From: Vulcanimicrobiota bacterium
GTDB taxonomy: Bacteria; Vulcanimicrobiota; Xenobia; Xenobiales; JADMJV01
Length of the DNA: 64,000 nt
NCBI GenBank assembly: GCA_050250895.1
Contig: JBFWNU010000001.1
Span: forward strand, 648,008-712,007
Reading direction: 5' to 3'
Shown here: positions 44,423 through 54,695 of the stretch, piece by piece
Numbering within the stretch: the stretch's first letter is position 1
How the letters are laid out: each line of letters starts with the position of its first letter
Program-made: the position numbers and the translations under genes
Notes under the pieces: generated by a model
Told to the model about the DNA's origin: nothing
Databases searched by the model: none
Seen by the model: the letters and a program-made list of their open reading frames with translations, nothing else

Positions 44423-46359
44423 TGGAATTGGCCAGCCTCTACTACGAGATGCTGCGCATCCGGCGTTTTGAGGAGCGTATCCTGGAGCTGTTCTCGCAGG
44501 GCGAACTGCATGGCACGACCCACGCCTATATCGGTCAGGAAGCCATCGCGGTGGGAGTGCTCAGCCACCTCGAGCCGACGGACCGGGTGGTCTCGAACCA
44601 CCGCTGCCACGGACACTTCTTGATGCATCGCCGCGACATGACGGCGCTTTTAGCCGAACTGATGGGCAAGGCCAACGGTGTCTGCTCAGGTCGAGGGGGC
44701 AGCCAGCATCTATGCCGCGACGGTTTCTTCACCAACGGAGTGCAGGGCGGAACCTTGAGCCTGGCGGTGGGCCTGGCGCTGGCCACCCGTTTTTCCCCCG
44801 GGGGCCTGGTGGCGGTGTTCATGGGTGACGGCACCCTGGGCGAAGGGCAGACCTATGAGGCCTTCAATCTGGCTTCGCTGTGGAATCTGCCGCTGCTGTT
44901 CGTGATCGAGAACAACTTCTATTCTCAGAGCACCCCCAGCAATCTTCAGGTGGCCGGCTCGATCGCTGCCCGCCCCCGCGCCTTTGGCATCGAGACCCTC
45001 GAGGTGACCAGCAATCGTTTGCAGGATTGCTGGCGGGTGGCCGGCCAGGCGGTAGCCGACCTGCGCGCCGACGGCAAGCCACGGGCGCTGGTTTTTGACA
45101 CCTTTCGCCTTTGCTCTCACTCCAAAAGCGACGACGGTCGTCCCGAGAGCGTCATCGAGCCGTGGCGCGAGCGCGACCCGCTGTTGGCGGTGGCCCGAGA
45201 ACTGGCAGCGCCCCAAGCCAGCGAGCTCAGCCAGCGCGTCGAGGCCGAACTCGAGGCCGCGGTGGCCGCCAGTTTGACCGCCCCCATCGCCGACCAGGCG
45301 GTGCTGCCGGCCCTGCCCTGGCCCGAGCCCACCCCGCGCCAACCCTCGACGGGCCGGGTGGTCGAGGTGCTCAACGCGGCCCTGCACGAATTGATGGCCG
45401 AGGACGAACGGGTGATCCTGCTGGGCGAGGACCTGCTCGACCCTTACGGCGGCGCCTTCAAGGCTACTCGCGGGCTGTCCACCGCCTACCCGGCCCGGGT
45501 TCTGGCCACACCGCTGTCAGAGACCGGCTTCACCGGCGCCGCCGCCGGCCTGGCCCTGGCGGGCATGCGACCGATCGTCGAGATCATGTTCGGCGACTTC
45601 GTTACGCTTTGCGTCGACCCGCTGGTCAACTATGTGAGCAAGTACCGCGAGATGTATGACGATCAGGTTCGCTGCCCCCTGGTGGTGCGCACCCCGATGG
45701 GTGGCCGGCGAGGCTATGGCCCCACCCATAGCCAATCCTTGGAGCGGTTGTTCCTCGGTATCCCCGAACTGCGGCTGGTGGCTTTGAGCGCGCTGCACGA
45801 CCCTCGAGCCCTGCTGCGCACGGCCGTGGCCGATCTCGCTCCCGTGCTGTTCATCGAAAACAAACTGCTCTACACCCGGCGCCCCAGAGTCGCCGACGCT
45901 GAAGGATGGCTCGACGATCTGGCCTGGCGCGAAAGCGATCACCCCTATCCCACCGTGACCCTCTCGCCCACCGGCTTCCAACCGGGTCAGGTGAGCCTCA
46001 TCACCTACGGCGGAATGGGCGAGATGACCATGGAGGCGGCGGTGCGCCTGCTGGTCGAGCACGAGATCCGGGCCGAAGTGGTGGTGGTGAGCTGCCTGCA
46101 ACCGCTGGAACTGGGGCCCATCGAAGCGAGCCTGCAGCGCTGCGGCGGTAGAGCCGTGACCGTCGAAGAGGGCCCGGCCAGCGGTGGCTGGGGTAGCGAG
46201 GTGCTGGCCAGCTGCGCCGAAGCCGGTTGCTTGCGGGCCGGCCAACGGGTGGGCGCGGCCAACATTCCCATTCCGTCGGCCCGCGCCCTGGAAGACCAGG
46301 TACTGCCCTCGCTCGAACAGATCGTGGCTGCGGCCCGGTCGGTGGTGAGCCGGCGTTGA
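44422..46359 (+). CDS. Fused 2-oxoacid/acetoin dehydrogenase E1 alpha+beta (ThDP-dependent)
   Basis: HAYIGQEA, HRCHGH, GDG...ENN ThDP motif and HSKSD. Beta part LLGED, TPLSE and GPTHSQ. Confidence 0.92.
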   Translation: MELASLYYEMLRIRRFEERILELFSQGELHGTTHAYIGQEAIAVGVLSHLEPTDRVVSNHRCHGHFLMHRRDMTALLAELMGKANGVCSGRGGSQHLCRDGFFTNGVQGGTLSLAVGLALATRFSPGGLVAVFMGDGTLGEGQTYEAFNLASLWNLPLLFVIENNFYSQSTPSNLQVAGSIAARPRAFGIETLEVTSNRLQDCWRVAGQAVADLRADGKPRALVFDTFRLCSHSKSDDGRPESVIEPWRERDPLLAVARELAAPQASELSQRVEAELEAAVAASLTAPIADQAVLPALPWPEPTPRQPSTGRVVEVLNAALHELMAEDERVILLGEDLLDPYGGAFKATRGLSTAYPARVLATPLSETGFTGAAAGLALAGMRPIVEIMFGDFVTLCVDPLVNYVSKYREMYDDQVRCPLVVRTPMGGRRGYGPTHSQSLERLFLGIPELRLVALSALHDPRALLRTAVADLAPVLFIENKLLYTRRPRVADAEGWLDDLAWRESDHPYPTVTLSPTGFQPGQVSLITYGGMGEMTMEAAVRLLVEHEIRAEVVVVSCLQPLELGPIEASLQRCGGRAVTVEEGPASGGWGSEVLASCAEAGCLRAGQRVGAANIPIPSARALEDQVLPSLEQIVAAARSVVSRR

Positions 46360-47825
46360 CCAACCGCCTGCGGGTCTGGCTCGCGCTGGCTACCGGTCTG
46401 GCCATGGCCGCCTTCACCCTGGTGACCTTGCCGCCGGCCGACACCTGGTGGCATCTGGCCGCCGGCCGTTACATTCTCGAGCATGGCCTGCCGGCCACCG
46501 ATCCCTTCTCCTTTACCGCTGGCGACCACCCCTGGGTCAACCATGAGTGGCTGGTCACGGTGTGGTTCGAACTGCTCTATCGAGCCGGCGGCCTGACCCT
46601 GCTCTACGCCATGCGCAGCCTGGTGGTGGTCGTCGCTTTCGTGGGCCTGCCGCTGGTGTGGGCCTGGCGTCGCCAGAGCGAGCCGCTGGGGTGGCCGATG
46701 CTGGTGGTGCTCGCCTGGGCCTGCCAAACCATGTTTTTTATCGACCTGCGGGCCTATCTGGTCAGCTATCTGCTCTTGTCACTCACCTTTCTCTGCATTC
46801 TGTTCTATCGCGAGAGCGAGAAGATCGCCTGGCTGCTGGGCCCCGTGCTGGCCCTACCGCTCTGGGCCAACTGCCACGGAGCGTTCGTGCTGGGGGCGGC
46901 GGCGCTGGGCAGCGCCGCCCTCGGGTGCTGGCTCGAGGGTCGCCGGCCCCAGGCCGGCTGGCTGGCGGGCGGAGCCTTGCTCGGCTATCTGCTGACGGCC
47001 CTGAACCCCTATGGAACCTCGATCTGGATGTTCCCCTTCAGCCTGCTGGGCCGCGACGCCTTTCGATTGGGACTCAACGAGTGGGCCGCCCCCGACCTGT
47101 CGGGAGCCCAGCTGGCCTATTTGCTGCTGACTCTGGTGGCAGCCGTCCTGGTCCTGTGGCGAGGTCGGGAGGACCGAGTGCTATGCTTGTGGGCCCTGCT
47201 CTTTCTGGCTGCCGGGCTCAAGACCTGGCGCCACGAGCCTCTGGCCGGGCTGGCTCTGGCCTACATCCTGCCCGGCCTGGTGCCCGAGATCCGCTGGCCC
47301 TCGCGCTGGATAGTCGGTCCGTTGCTCAGTCTAGCAGCGGGCCTGCTGCTATGGCAGCGGGCCAGCGGTGGAGTCGAGCGGCTGACCGGCCTGCACACCT
47401 TCTTTCCTGTGCACGCTTGCGACTGGATCGAGGCCAATCCCGGTTTGCCGGGACGAATTCTCAATCCCTACGAGTGGGGAGGCTACCTGCTCTGGAGGCT
47501 CGGCCCGCAACGAAAAATCTTTTTCGACGGCCGAGCCCACACCGTTTATCCCGAGCAGGTCTATATCGACGGTCTTTTCACCCAGTTCGGCGAGCCCTGG
47601 TCTCGCCTGCTCGAACGCGAGGGGTTCGCCCCGCCCAGCGGCGACCTCGGCGCCTTGCTGGATCGCTACCAGGTAGAGATGGTGCTGGTCAACCGGTTGC
47701 AGGGCAACCTGGCCACCCGCTTGCCCCCGGGCTGGTATCTGGCCTATGAAGACAGCAATTGCCTGGCCTTTTTGCGCAATACCCCCGAAAACCGCTCGCG
47801 CACGTTGCTGGTTCCGCCGCGCTAG
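46356..47825 (+). CDS. GT-C-like polytopic membrane protein (putative glycosyltransferase)
   Basis: Motifs DTWWHLAAG, WVNHEW, LWANCHG, NEW, YEWGGYL and FFDGRA. TTG start overlaps the E1 stop. Confidence 0.65.
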   Translation: MTNRLRVWLALATGLAMAAFTLVTLPPADTWWHLAAGRYILEHGLPATDPFSFTAGDHPWVNHEWLVTVWFELLYRAGGLTLLYAMRSLVVVVAFVGLPLVWAWRRQSEPLGWPMLVVLAWACQTMFFIDLRAYLVSYLLLSLTFLCILFYRESEKIAWLLGPVLALPLWANCHGAFVLGAAALGSAALGCWLEGRRPQAGWLAGGALLGYLLTALNPYGTSIWMFPFSLLGRDAFRLGLNEWAAPDLSGAQLAYLLLTLVAAVLVLWRGREDRVLCLWALLFLAAGLKTWRHEPLAGLALAYILPGLVPEIRWPSRWIVGPLLSLAAGLLLWQRASGGVERLTGLHTFFPVHACDWIEANPGLPGRILNPYEWGGYLLWRLGPQRKIFFDGRAHTVYPEQVYIDGLFTQFGEPWSRLLEREGFAPPSGDLGALLDRYQVEMVLVNRLQGNLATRLPPGWYLAYEDSNCLAFLRNTPENRSRTLLVPPR

Positions 47826-50392
47826 CGGGGGGTGCCCAGCAGCTTCTGGCCGAGCTCGATCGGCTCGAGCGGCTCGGACACGGCGTAGCCCTGAGCAAAG
47901 TCAAAGCCCAGCCTCATCAGATTGCGATAATCGAACTTCTCTTGCACCGACTTGATGGTGGCGGCAATACCCCGGTCTTTGAGCAAAGACCGCACCAGGG
48001 GCATCAGGGCCTCAGCCATCGAAGCCTCGATCTTGACCATCTTGATGCCCGGTCGGGCCAGAGTGGTCAAACGCGACTCGCGAAAGCCGAAGTCGTCCAG
48101 GCAGATCTTGAAGCCTTCGCGCTCAAGCCCAGAGATGATAGCGTTCCAGCGGTCGGTGCCTCGCACCTGGCCACCCTCTCGCACCTCGAGCATCACCTGG
48201 TCGCGGCTCACGCCGTGGCGGGCCAACACCTGAGAGAGCAACATTCCCAGGTCGGGCTCGAGCAACTGCCGGTGAGAGAGATTGATCGAGACTACCAATC
48301 CGAGTCGCTGTTGGCGCCATTGCAAGATCTGGGCAGCCACCATGTCGAACATGCGGTGACCGATCTCGATGAGCACGCCGGAGCGTTCGGCCGTCTCGAG
48401 GAAATTCTCTGGCCCCAGGACGCCCATCTGGCGATGACGCCAGCGCAGCAGCGCCTCGACCTGGACCACTTTGCGTCCAGCCAGCTGAATGACTGGCTGA
48501 TAGACCACGAAGAATTCGTTCTTCTCGACAGCCGTGCGCAGCTGCCCTTCGAGGCTTTGCTGATGTTGGCGCCAGCGCTTGAATTCTCCGGTGAAAACAC
48601 AGATGCGGCCGCGCCCCTCGTCCTTGGCCTGGTACATGGCCGTTTCGGCCTGGTGAAGCAGGGCCTCGCCCGAATCAGCATCGGAAGGATAGAGACTGAC
48701 GCCGATGCTGGCTCCCAGGTGGAAACGCTGACCCTGCACCGTGAAAGGATAACTGAGGGCTTCGAGAATGCGCTCGGCCGTCCCCATCACCAGCGGACCC
48801 GGATTGCGTCCCTCGATCTCCGAGAGCAGCAAAGCGAATTCGTCCTCGCCTCGACGGGCCAGCACGTCGGAGTTGCGGACCAACTCTTTGAGGCGAGTCG
48901 CCACCGCTCGCAACAACTCATTGCCGGCCTGGTGTCCCATGGTTTCGTTGACCACCCGAAAGTGATCGAGATCCATGACCATCAAAGCCACCACTCGATT
49001 GTAACGGCTGGCCTGTTGCAGTGCGAACTCGAGATACTTCTTGAGGATATTGAGATTGGGCAAGCCGGTGAGACTGTCTTCAAAAGCCAATCGCTGGGTT
49101 TCTTTGGCGTTGGCCGTGGCCCCCCGCTCCTGCTTTAGTTCCATCACGGTGGCGTCGAGTTTCTTCTCGGTCTCGGTGAGCCGCGATTGCAGCCAGTTGA
49201 CCTGGGTGCGGGCTTGCTCGAGCATGGTCTCGGCTTTCTTGGTGCGCACTCCGAGTTCGTCTCCCGAGCCGGTCGAGAGCGAGGCGGTGGCCGTCCGCAG
49301 CTGCTCGCGCAAGCTGTCGTTCTGGCGCTGGAGCTGCTCGAGAGCGGCCGGGTCGACGCCGGACTCGTGCTTGAGGGCGAGCGTCTGTTGCAACTCGTCG
49401 CGCAACCCCTCGAGCCCTTCCAGGCGGGCTTTGAGCACTTCTTCGCGTTCGCGGGCGGTCTCGCGCTCCTGGCGCATCACCCGCAGCGACTCGTTCAATT
49501 CTTCGTTGAGGCCCAGCAACGATTGCACCCGGCGCTCGGCCCTGGCCACCTCGGCCCGCTGTTTTTGCAGCTCTTGCTCGAGCCCTTCGTCGGCCGGAGC
49601 AGAAGTAGCTTCCTGGGCAGCTGCCAAAAGGGCGGTTAGTCGCACCACTTCACGCTCGAGCCCGGCCGCCTTCTCGGTCGCCTCTTCCAGCCTGGGGGCC
49701 AGTTCTTCAGCCCGCCTGGCCTCTTCTAGCTCGACCCTGGCCAGGCGCAGCTCTTCTTCGAGGTCGGTCACCAGCTCGGCCGGAATGGATTGTTCGAGTT
49801 CGCCCCTCAAGTGGTCGACCATGGCCTCGGCTCGAGCCAGGTCGGCCTCCAGGCGCTCTACGGCGGGATCGGTAAGAGGTTCGGCCTGGGCCCTGGCCTT
49901 CCACTCATCACGCTCTTCAAGGGCCTTTTCGAGCTTCTTCTCGAGCCTGGCCAGGTCGGCCGAACGATCGATGGCCGGCTCGGGTTGCTGCTCGAGTTGG
50001 TCCTCGAGCTTTTGATTCTTGTTTTTCGAGCGAGCTAACTTAGACAGAGCCTGCTGCAATTGGCGCTCGGCATCGCGCTGGGCCGACTCGGCCTGACGCT
50101 TCTTGCGAGCCGTCTGGCGCTGGGTCCGCTGCAGGGCCGCCAGCTTCTCGCGCAACTGCTCGACTTCACCCTCGAGGGGGTTCAGGGTTACGGCCAATTC
50201 GAGTCGAGCGGGTTGGTTTTGCCATTGGCAGGGAGTCGCTTTGACCGGGGGCTCGAAACTGGTCTCGGCGGCCCGGTTGGCATACAGCAGGGCCCCATCT
50301 TCGGCCACCACCCGAAGCGGACTGGGCAGGTCATCTAGAAGCTTTTGTAGTTCTCCGGTGCGAGGACGAGGGTGCTTGCGCCGTGGGGCCAT
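47822..50392 (-). CDS. Coiled-coil GGDEF-EAL protein
   Basis: DSLTGLPN, DLDHFRVVN, RGEDEF, YQP, EALLR and DDFG, with about 370 aa of heptad repeats. Confidence 0.9.
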   Translation of the reverse strand: MAPRRKHPRPRTGELQKLLDDLPSPLRVVAEDGALLYANRAAETSFEPPVKATPCQWQNQPARLELAVTLNPLEGEVEQLREKLAALQRTQRQTARKKRQAESAQRDAERQLQQALSKLARSKNKNQKLEDQLEQQPEPAIDRSADLARLEKKLEKALEERDEWKARAQAEPLTDPAVERLEADLARAEAMVDHLRGELEQSIPAELVTDLEEELRLARVELEEARRAEELAPRLEEATEKAAGLEREVVRLTALLAAAQEATSAPADEGLEQELQKQRAEVARAERRVQSLLGLNEELNESLRVMRQERETAREREEVLKARLEGLEGLRDELQQTLALKHESGVDPAALEQLQRQNDSLREQLRTATASLSTGSGDELGVRTKKAETMLEQARTQVNWLQSRLTETEKKLDATVMELKQERGATANAKETQRLAFEDSLTGLPNLNILKKYLEFALQQASRYNRVVALMVMDLDHFRVVNETMGHQAGNELLRAVATRLKELVRNSDVLARRGEDEFALLLSEIEGRNPGPLVMGTAERILEALSYPFTVQGQRFHLGASIGVSLYPSDADSGEALLHQAETAMYQAKDEGRGRICVFTGEFKRWRQHQQSLEGQLRTAVEKNEFFVVYQPVIQLAGRKVVQVEALLRWRHRQMGVLGPENFLETAERSGVLIEIGHRMFDMVAAQILQWRQQRLGLVVSINLSHRQLLEPDLGMLLSQVLARHGVSRDQVMLEVREGGQVRGTDRWNAIISGLEREGFKICLDDFGFRESRLTTLARPGIKMVKIEASMAEALMPLVRSLLKDRGIAATIKSVQEKFDYRNLMRLGFDFAQGYAVSEPLEPIELGQKLLGTPR

Positions 50393-50407
50393 GACAGAAC
50401 CTTCCTT

Positions 50408-52297
50408 CTATGTCCGCACAACCCTTTTGTCGTCGACTCTTTGGGTGAATCCGGTCAGATCAAAATACTCTAGCACCGGAATGATATATTTGCGGGTGGT
50501 GTCGAGCGCCGTCCGGGCTTCGGAGGCGGTGAAGCCATCGCCCAGTTCTCGCAAGGCCTGGCGAGCCGCCTCCAGCGTCTCTTCGAGGAAATACATTCCC
50601 TCGGCCACCTTCTTGACCGCCTGGGTTTCGATCAGAAAGCCAGCCACGACGTTCCACATCCTGGGGGGTAGGCCGGCTTGCTTTTCCAGCTCTTTCCAAT
50701 CGGGCGGGGCGCAACCGCCCGACCGCAATAGCTCGACCACGCGGTCACAAGCCTTTCGCTGCTCCGGGTCAAGCACGGCCTCGTGACCAGCCAGGGACAA
50801 CAGGGCCTGACGCTCCTGCAAACGCCCCCGGGCCAGACCATCGGCCAGCACGGCCTGGGCCAGTTGCGGCTTGTCGCTATTGAGCAACTTGAGCAACTCT
50901 TCCTTACGCCAGCCCACCCGCCAGGGCGCGGCCTCTTGCAACCGTTCGAGCACCGACTCCAGGCGAGCGCTCAAAGCCTGAGCAGCCGGCCCACTGGCAT
51001 ACCACTTGCCGAGCCGGGCCACCGCCCCCTCGGCCAGCAGGCGTTGCACCAGCTCGTCGAAGGTGGCCTCGTCGAGCTGCAGCTCCTGGGCCAGCGCCTG
51101 AGCCGTGCGGGTCCCGCCGGCGGCCGACTCGAGCACGGCCAAGAGACCGCCTTCGGTGCCGCCTTGCTCGCGGTCTTTGAGCCGGTTGAGCAGCTTAGGG
51201 TCGCTGCGCCGACGATAGGGAGCCGAATAGGGGTCGAGCACGGTCCCGCCCCCCACCGTAAAGCTCGAGGTGAACTCGCGCAAGATGTAGCGGTCTTGCC
51301 GCAACACCACGGTGGGTTCCTCGAGACGAATCTGGACCAGACCACTGCGGCCGGCCTCGAGACGGTCCTGCTCGAGCAGATAGACCCGCCCGATGCACTC
51401 CTGGGTCCCGGCGTAGAAGCGCACCGGGGCCCGGTGCTTGAGGGCCCGAGGCACCGAGGCCAGCACCTCGAGGCGAGCATCGATACAGGTCGTGGCCCGC
51501 ATCAAGCCGGGAGGAGCCAGTACCTGTCCACGGGCCAGGCTGCCGGGCTCGACCCCCGAGAAGTTGACGGCCACGCGCTGGCCGGCCAGCGCCTGCTCGA
51601 CTTTGGCCCCATGAACCTGCAACCCCCGAATGCGCGCCTCGATACCGGCCGGCAAGATCTCGACCCGGTCGCCCACATTGAGGGTGCCGCTCCAGAGCGA
51701 GCCGGTGACCACGGTACCAAAGCCAGATTTGAGAAATACCCGGTCCACCGGCAGCCGGAAGGGCGCATCGACCGAGCGAGGCGCCAGTCCGGCCAGCCGC
51801 TCGGCCAGCACCTTCTTGAGCTCGTCCATGCCACGGCCGGTGCGGGCTGATACGCGCACCACCGGGGCCTGGTGCAAGAAGGTCGGGGCCAGAGCCTGGG
51901 CCAGCTCTTCCTCCACCAACTCGAGGAACTCTTCCTCGGCCAGATCGACCTTGGTCAGCGCGACCACCCCGGCCCGCGTCTTGAGCAGGTCCAGGATCTC
52001 GACATGCTCGGTGGTCTGGGGCATGACGCTTTCCTGGGCGTCGACTACCAGCAGTCCGAGGTCGTAACCACCCACCCCGGCCAGCATGTTCTTGAGAAAG
52101 CGTTCATGACCGGGCACGTCCACGATCCCGGCCGTCACCCCCCGGTCAAGCTCGAGGGAGGCAAAGCCCAGATCGATCGACAGCCCGCGGGCTTGCTCTT
52201 CGGGCAACCGATCGGTCTCGGTGCCGGTGAGAGCCCGAATGAGCGTGCTCTTGCCGTGGTCAACGTGACCAGCCGTGCCTACAATGTAGTGAGCCAT
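50408..52297 (-). CDS. selB: Selenocysteine-specific elongation factor
   Basis: GTAGHVDHGKS and DVPGHERF, plus C-terminal winged helices (TTRKYIIPVLEYFD). Confidence 0.97.
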   Translation of the reverse strand: MAHYIVGTAGHVDHGKSTLIRALTGTETDRLPEEQARGLSIDLGFASLELDRGVTAGIVDVPGHERFLKNMLAGVGGYDLGLLVVDAQESVMPQTTEHVEILDLLKTRAGVVALTKVDLAEEEFLELVEEELAQALAPTFLHQAPVVRVSARTGRGMDELKKVLAERLAGLAPRSVDAPFRLPVDRVFLKSGFGTVVTGSLWSGTLNVGDRVEILPAGIEARIRGLQVHGAKVEQALAGQRVAVNFSGVEPGSLARGQVLAPPGLMRATTCIDARLEVLASVPRALKHRAPVRFYAGTQECIGRVYLLEQDRLEAGRSGLVQIRLEEPTVVLRQDRYILREFTSSFTVGGGTVLDPYSAPYRRRSDPKLLNRLKDREQGGTEGGLLAVLESAAGGTRTAQALAQELQLDEATFDELVQRLLAEGAVARLGKWYASGPAAQALSARLESVLERLQEAAPWRVGWRKEELLKLLNSDKPQLAQAVLADGLARGRLQERQALLSLAGHEAVLDPEQRKACDRVVELLRSGGCAPPDWKELEKQAGLPPRMWNVVAGFLIETQAVKKVAEGMYFLEETLEAARQALRELGDGFTASEARTALDTTRKYIIPVLEYFDLTGFTQRVDDKRVVRT

Positions 52298-53628
52298 CGA
52301 AAGGCCTCCTCGATATGGTCCTCGTCCCCGGCCAGCAAAGTCCGCGGGTCGAGCAACACGGCGCCTTTGGCCCGGCGGGCGACCACCGGCGGGCGCGCTC
52401 TTCTCAAACCGTCAAGCAGTTCATCTTCGGAGCGGGTGTGGGGGCGAACCTCGACCAGCCAGGTGGGGAGCTCTTGACCGGGCAAACTGCCGCCCCCGAC
52501 GCTCGAGCCGCCTTCCACCACCGCCACGGTGGCCGTCTCGGACACGATCGATTCGAGCCGGTGGGCCAGCCCCTCGGCCCGCTGGCGCAGCTGGTCAGGG
52601 GTCGCCTTGAGCATGGCCCACACCGGCAGACTCTCGAGGGCGCCCAGATGGGCCCGCAAGGTGCCTTCCAAAGCCGCATACACCAGCTTATCCACCCGCA
52701 GCGCCCGCATCAGGGGATTGGCGGCCAGCTGCTTGACCCAGGTCGCCCGGCCCACGACGATGCCGGCCTGAGGCCCCCCCAGCAGCTTATCGCCTGAAAA
52801 CGCCACCAGGTCGAAATCCAACGAACCGCTCACGGTCGGCTCATCGGGCCAAAGCGGATGCATCAGCCCCGAACCCAGATCGAGACAGGTGGGGATCTTG
52901 CGCTCGCGGCCCAGGGCCGTGAGCACGCCCGGGTCGACCGACTCGGTGAAGCCCACCACTTTGAAGTTCGAGGAGTGGGTCGACAGCAGCAAGCCCGTCT
53001 CGTCGGTGATCGCCGAGGAATAGTCGGCTAAGCGCGTTTTGTTGGTGGTGCCCACTTCAACCAGTCGGGCTCCGGCCCGGGCCAGGATATCAGGGATGCG
53101 AAAGCTGCCTCCAATCTCGATCAACTCGCCGCGACTGACGATCACCTCTTTGCCCCGGGCCAGGGTGTCGAGAATCAACACCATGGCAGCCGCGCAATTA
53201 TTGACCACCAGCGCGTCTTCAGCCCCGGTCAGACGAGTCAGATAAGACTTGACGAGACTGTCGCGCTTGCCTCTGCCCCCGCTCTCGAGCGAAAACTCGA
53301 GGTTGCAGTAGCCACTGCAGGTCTCGACCACGTGCTCGAGGGCCTGGGCGGAAAGCGGGGCCCTGCCCAGGTTGGTGTGCAACACGACGCCGGTAGCGTT
53401 AATGATTTTCTGCAGCCGGACCTCGAGCCAGACGGCCAGCCGCTCCATCACCCACTCGGCCTCGGTTCCCGGCTCGGGAAAATCGCGGATCGAGCGAAGT
53501 TGGTCGGCGGCCAACCGCAACCCCTCGACGACCATGGGCCGGCCGTGGCGGGCGCACCAGTCCGCTGCCCGGGGATGCCCGAGCAGAGACTCGACACTGG
53601 GAATGCGCCGCAGATTGTTCAAGGACAC
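52279..53628 (-). CDS. selA: L-seryl-tRNA(Sec) selenium transferase
   Basis: Motifs INATGVVLHTNLGRAPL, VVNNCAAA, EIGGSFRIP and FSGDKLLGGPQAG. Confidence 0.97.
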   Translation of the reverse strand: MSLNNLRRIPSVESLLGHPRAADWCARHGRPMVVEGLRLAADQLRSIRDFPEPGTEAEWVMERLAVWLEVRLQKIINATGVVLHTNLGRAPLSAQALEHVVETCSGYCNLEFSLESGGRGKRDSLVKSYLTRLTGAEDALVVNNCAAAMVLILDTLARGKEVIVSRGELIEIGGSFRIPDILARAGARLVEVGTTNKTRLADYSSAITDETGLLLSTHSSNFKVVGFTESVDPGVLTALGRERKIPTCLDLGSGLMHPLWPDEPTVSGSLDFDLVAFSGDKLLGGPQAGIVVGRATWVKQLAANPLMRALRVDKLVYAALEGTLRAHLGALESLPVWAMLKATPDQLRQRAEGLAHRLESIVSETATVAVVEGGSSVGGGSLPGQELPTWLVEVRPHTRSEDELLDGLRRARPPVVARRAKGAVLLDPRTLLAGDEDHIEEAFRWLTTL

Positions 53629-54635
53629 ACGCGTAGACTCACTTCTTCGGCTTCGAGCACCTGCCCGATCTCCCAAAAGCCGGCCGGAGTCGGATGCTCG
53701 GGGGGAATGGCTCCGAGCAAGCCACCCGAGGTCTGGGCATCGTTGAGCAGGTCGCGCACTTCAGGGTCTACACCCTCTTCCCAGCCCAGGGCGCCGGCCC
53801 CTTCCAACCAGGCTCGATTGGCCCGCGAGCCCCCCGGAAAGTGGCCCTGGCGATAGTAGTCAAATACCCCGTCAAGCCAGGGAATGCGACTCGCTTCGAG
53901 CCGCATGGTCACCTGGGAAGCACGGGCCATCTCGAAGAGGTGTCCCAGCAGGCCATAGCCGGTGATATCCGTACCACCGGTGGTGCCGGCCGCCACCAGA
54001 GCCTCGGCCGCCTCACGGTTGAGTCGCTCCATCCACTCCACGGCCGCGTCCAGGTGAGCCGCACTGGCCGCCTCGCGCTTATGAGCGGTGGTGAGCACCC
54101 CCGTTCCCAGCGGCTTGCTGAGCACCAGCCGTTGGCCCGGACGGGCCCCTCCCTTGGTCATCATGCGATCGGGATCGATCACCCCGGTCACCGCCAGGCC
54201 GTACTTGGGCTCCTGGTCCTCGACAGTGTGCCCGCCGGCCAGCAGAGCGCCCGCCTCGAGGATGGTGTCGAGGCCTCCTCTGAGAATCTCGGCCAGGACC
54301 TCGCCCCCCAGTTGGCGAGTGGGAAAGCAACAGATGTTCATCGCCGTGACCGGCTGCCCGCCCATGGCATAGACATCTGACAAACTGTTGGCCGCGGCGA
54401 TGCGGCCGTAGTGGTAGGGCGAGTCTACCACGGGCGTGAAAAAGTCAACGGTCTGTACCAACACGGTCGAATCGTTGAGGCGAACGACCACCGCATCGTC
54501 ACCGACCGAATCCCCCACCAGGACCCGGGAGTCTTTTGGCTTGATTAAACGGAGCAGCACCTGCTCCAGATCCTCAGGTCGGATCTTGGAGGCTCAACCG
54601 GCGCAGGCTGCGTATTGGGTCATTCGGATTTGCAT
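53619..54635 (-). CDS. selD: Selenide, water dikinase (selenophosphate synthetase), selenocysteine-containing
   Basis: Reads MQIRMTQYAACAG-UGA-ASKIRPEDL in frame into DDAVV, QTVDFFTP, ANSLSDVYAMGG, GGHT, TDITGYGLLGH and DAQTSGGLL. Confidence 0.95.
54564..54591 (-). promoter_or_regulatory. Candidate bacterial SECIS hairpin immediately 3' of the selD UGA
   Basis: mRNA CUCC-A-AGAUCC-GACCUGA-GGAUCU-GGAG begins 2 nt after the UGA (54594-54596). Confidence 0.7.
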
Positions 54636-54695
54636 AGGCGGCTGTTCCGCCCACCCGGCCAGGATTCCCGCCCCCTCGGCCGAAGCCGCCAGAGT

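Noticed and set aside
53619-54635. selD as a pseudogene with a premature stop
   Set aside because: The UGA falls exactly at the catalytic Cys/Sec position, is followed by a hairpin, and selA and selB are adjacent.
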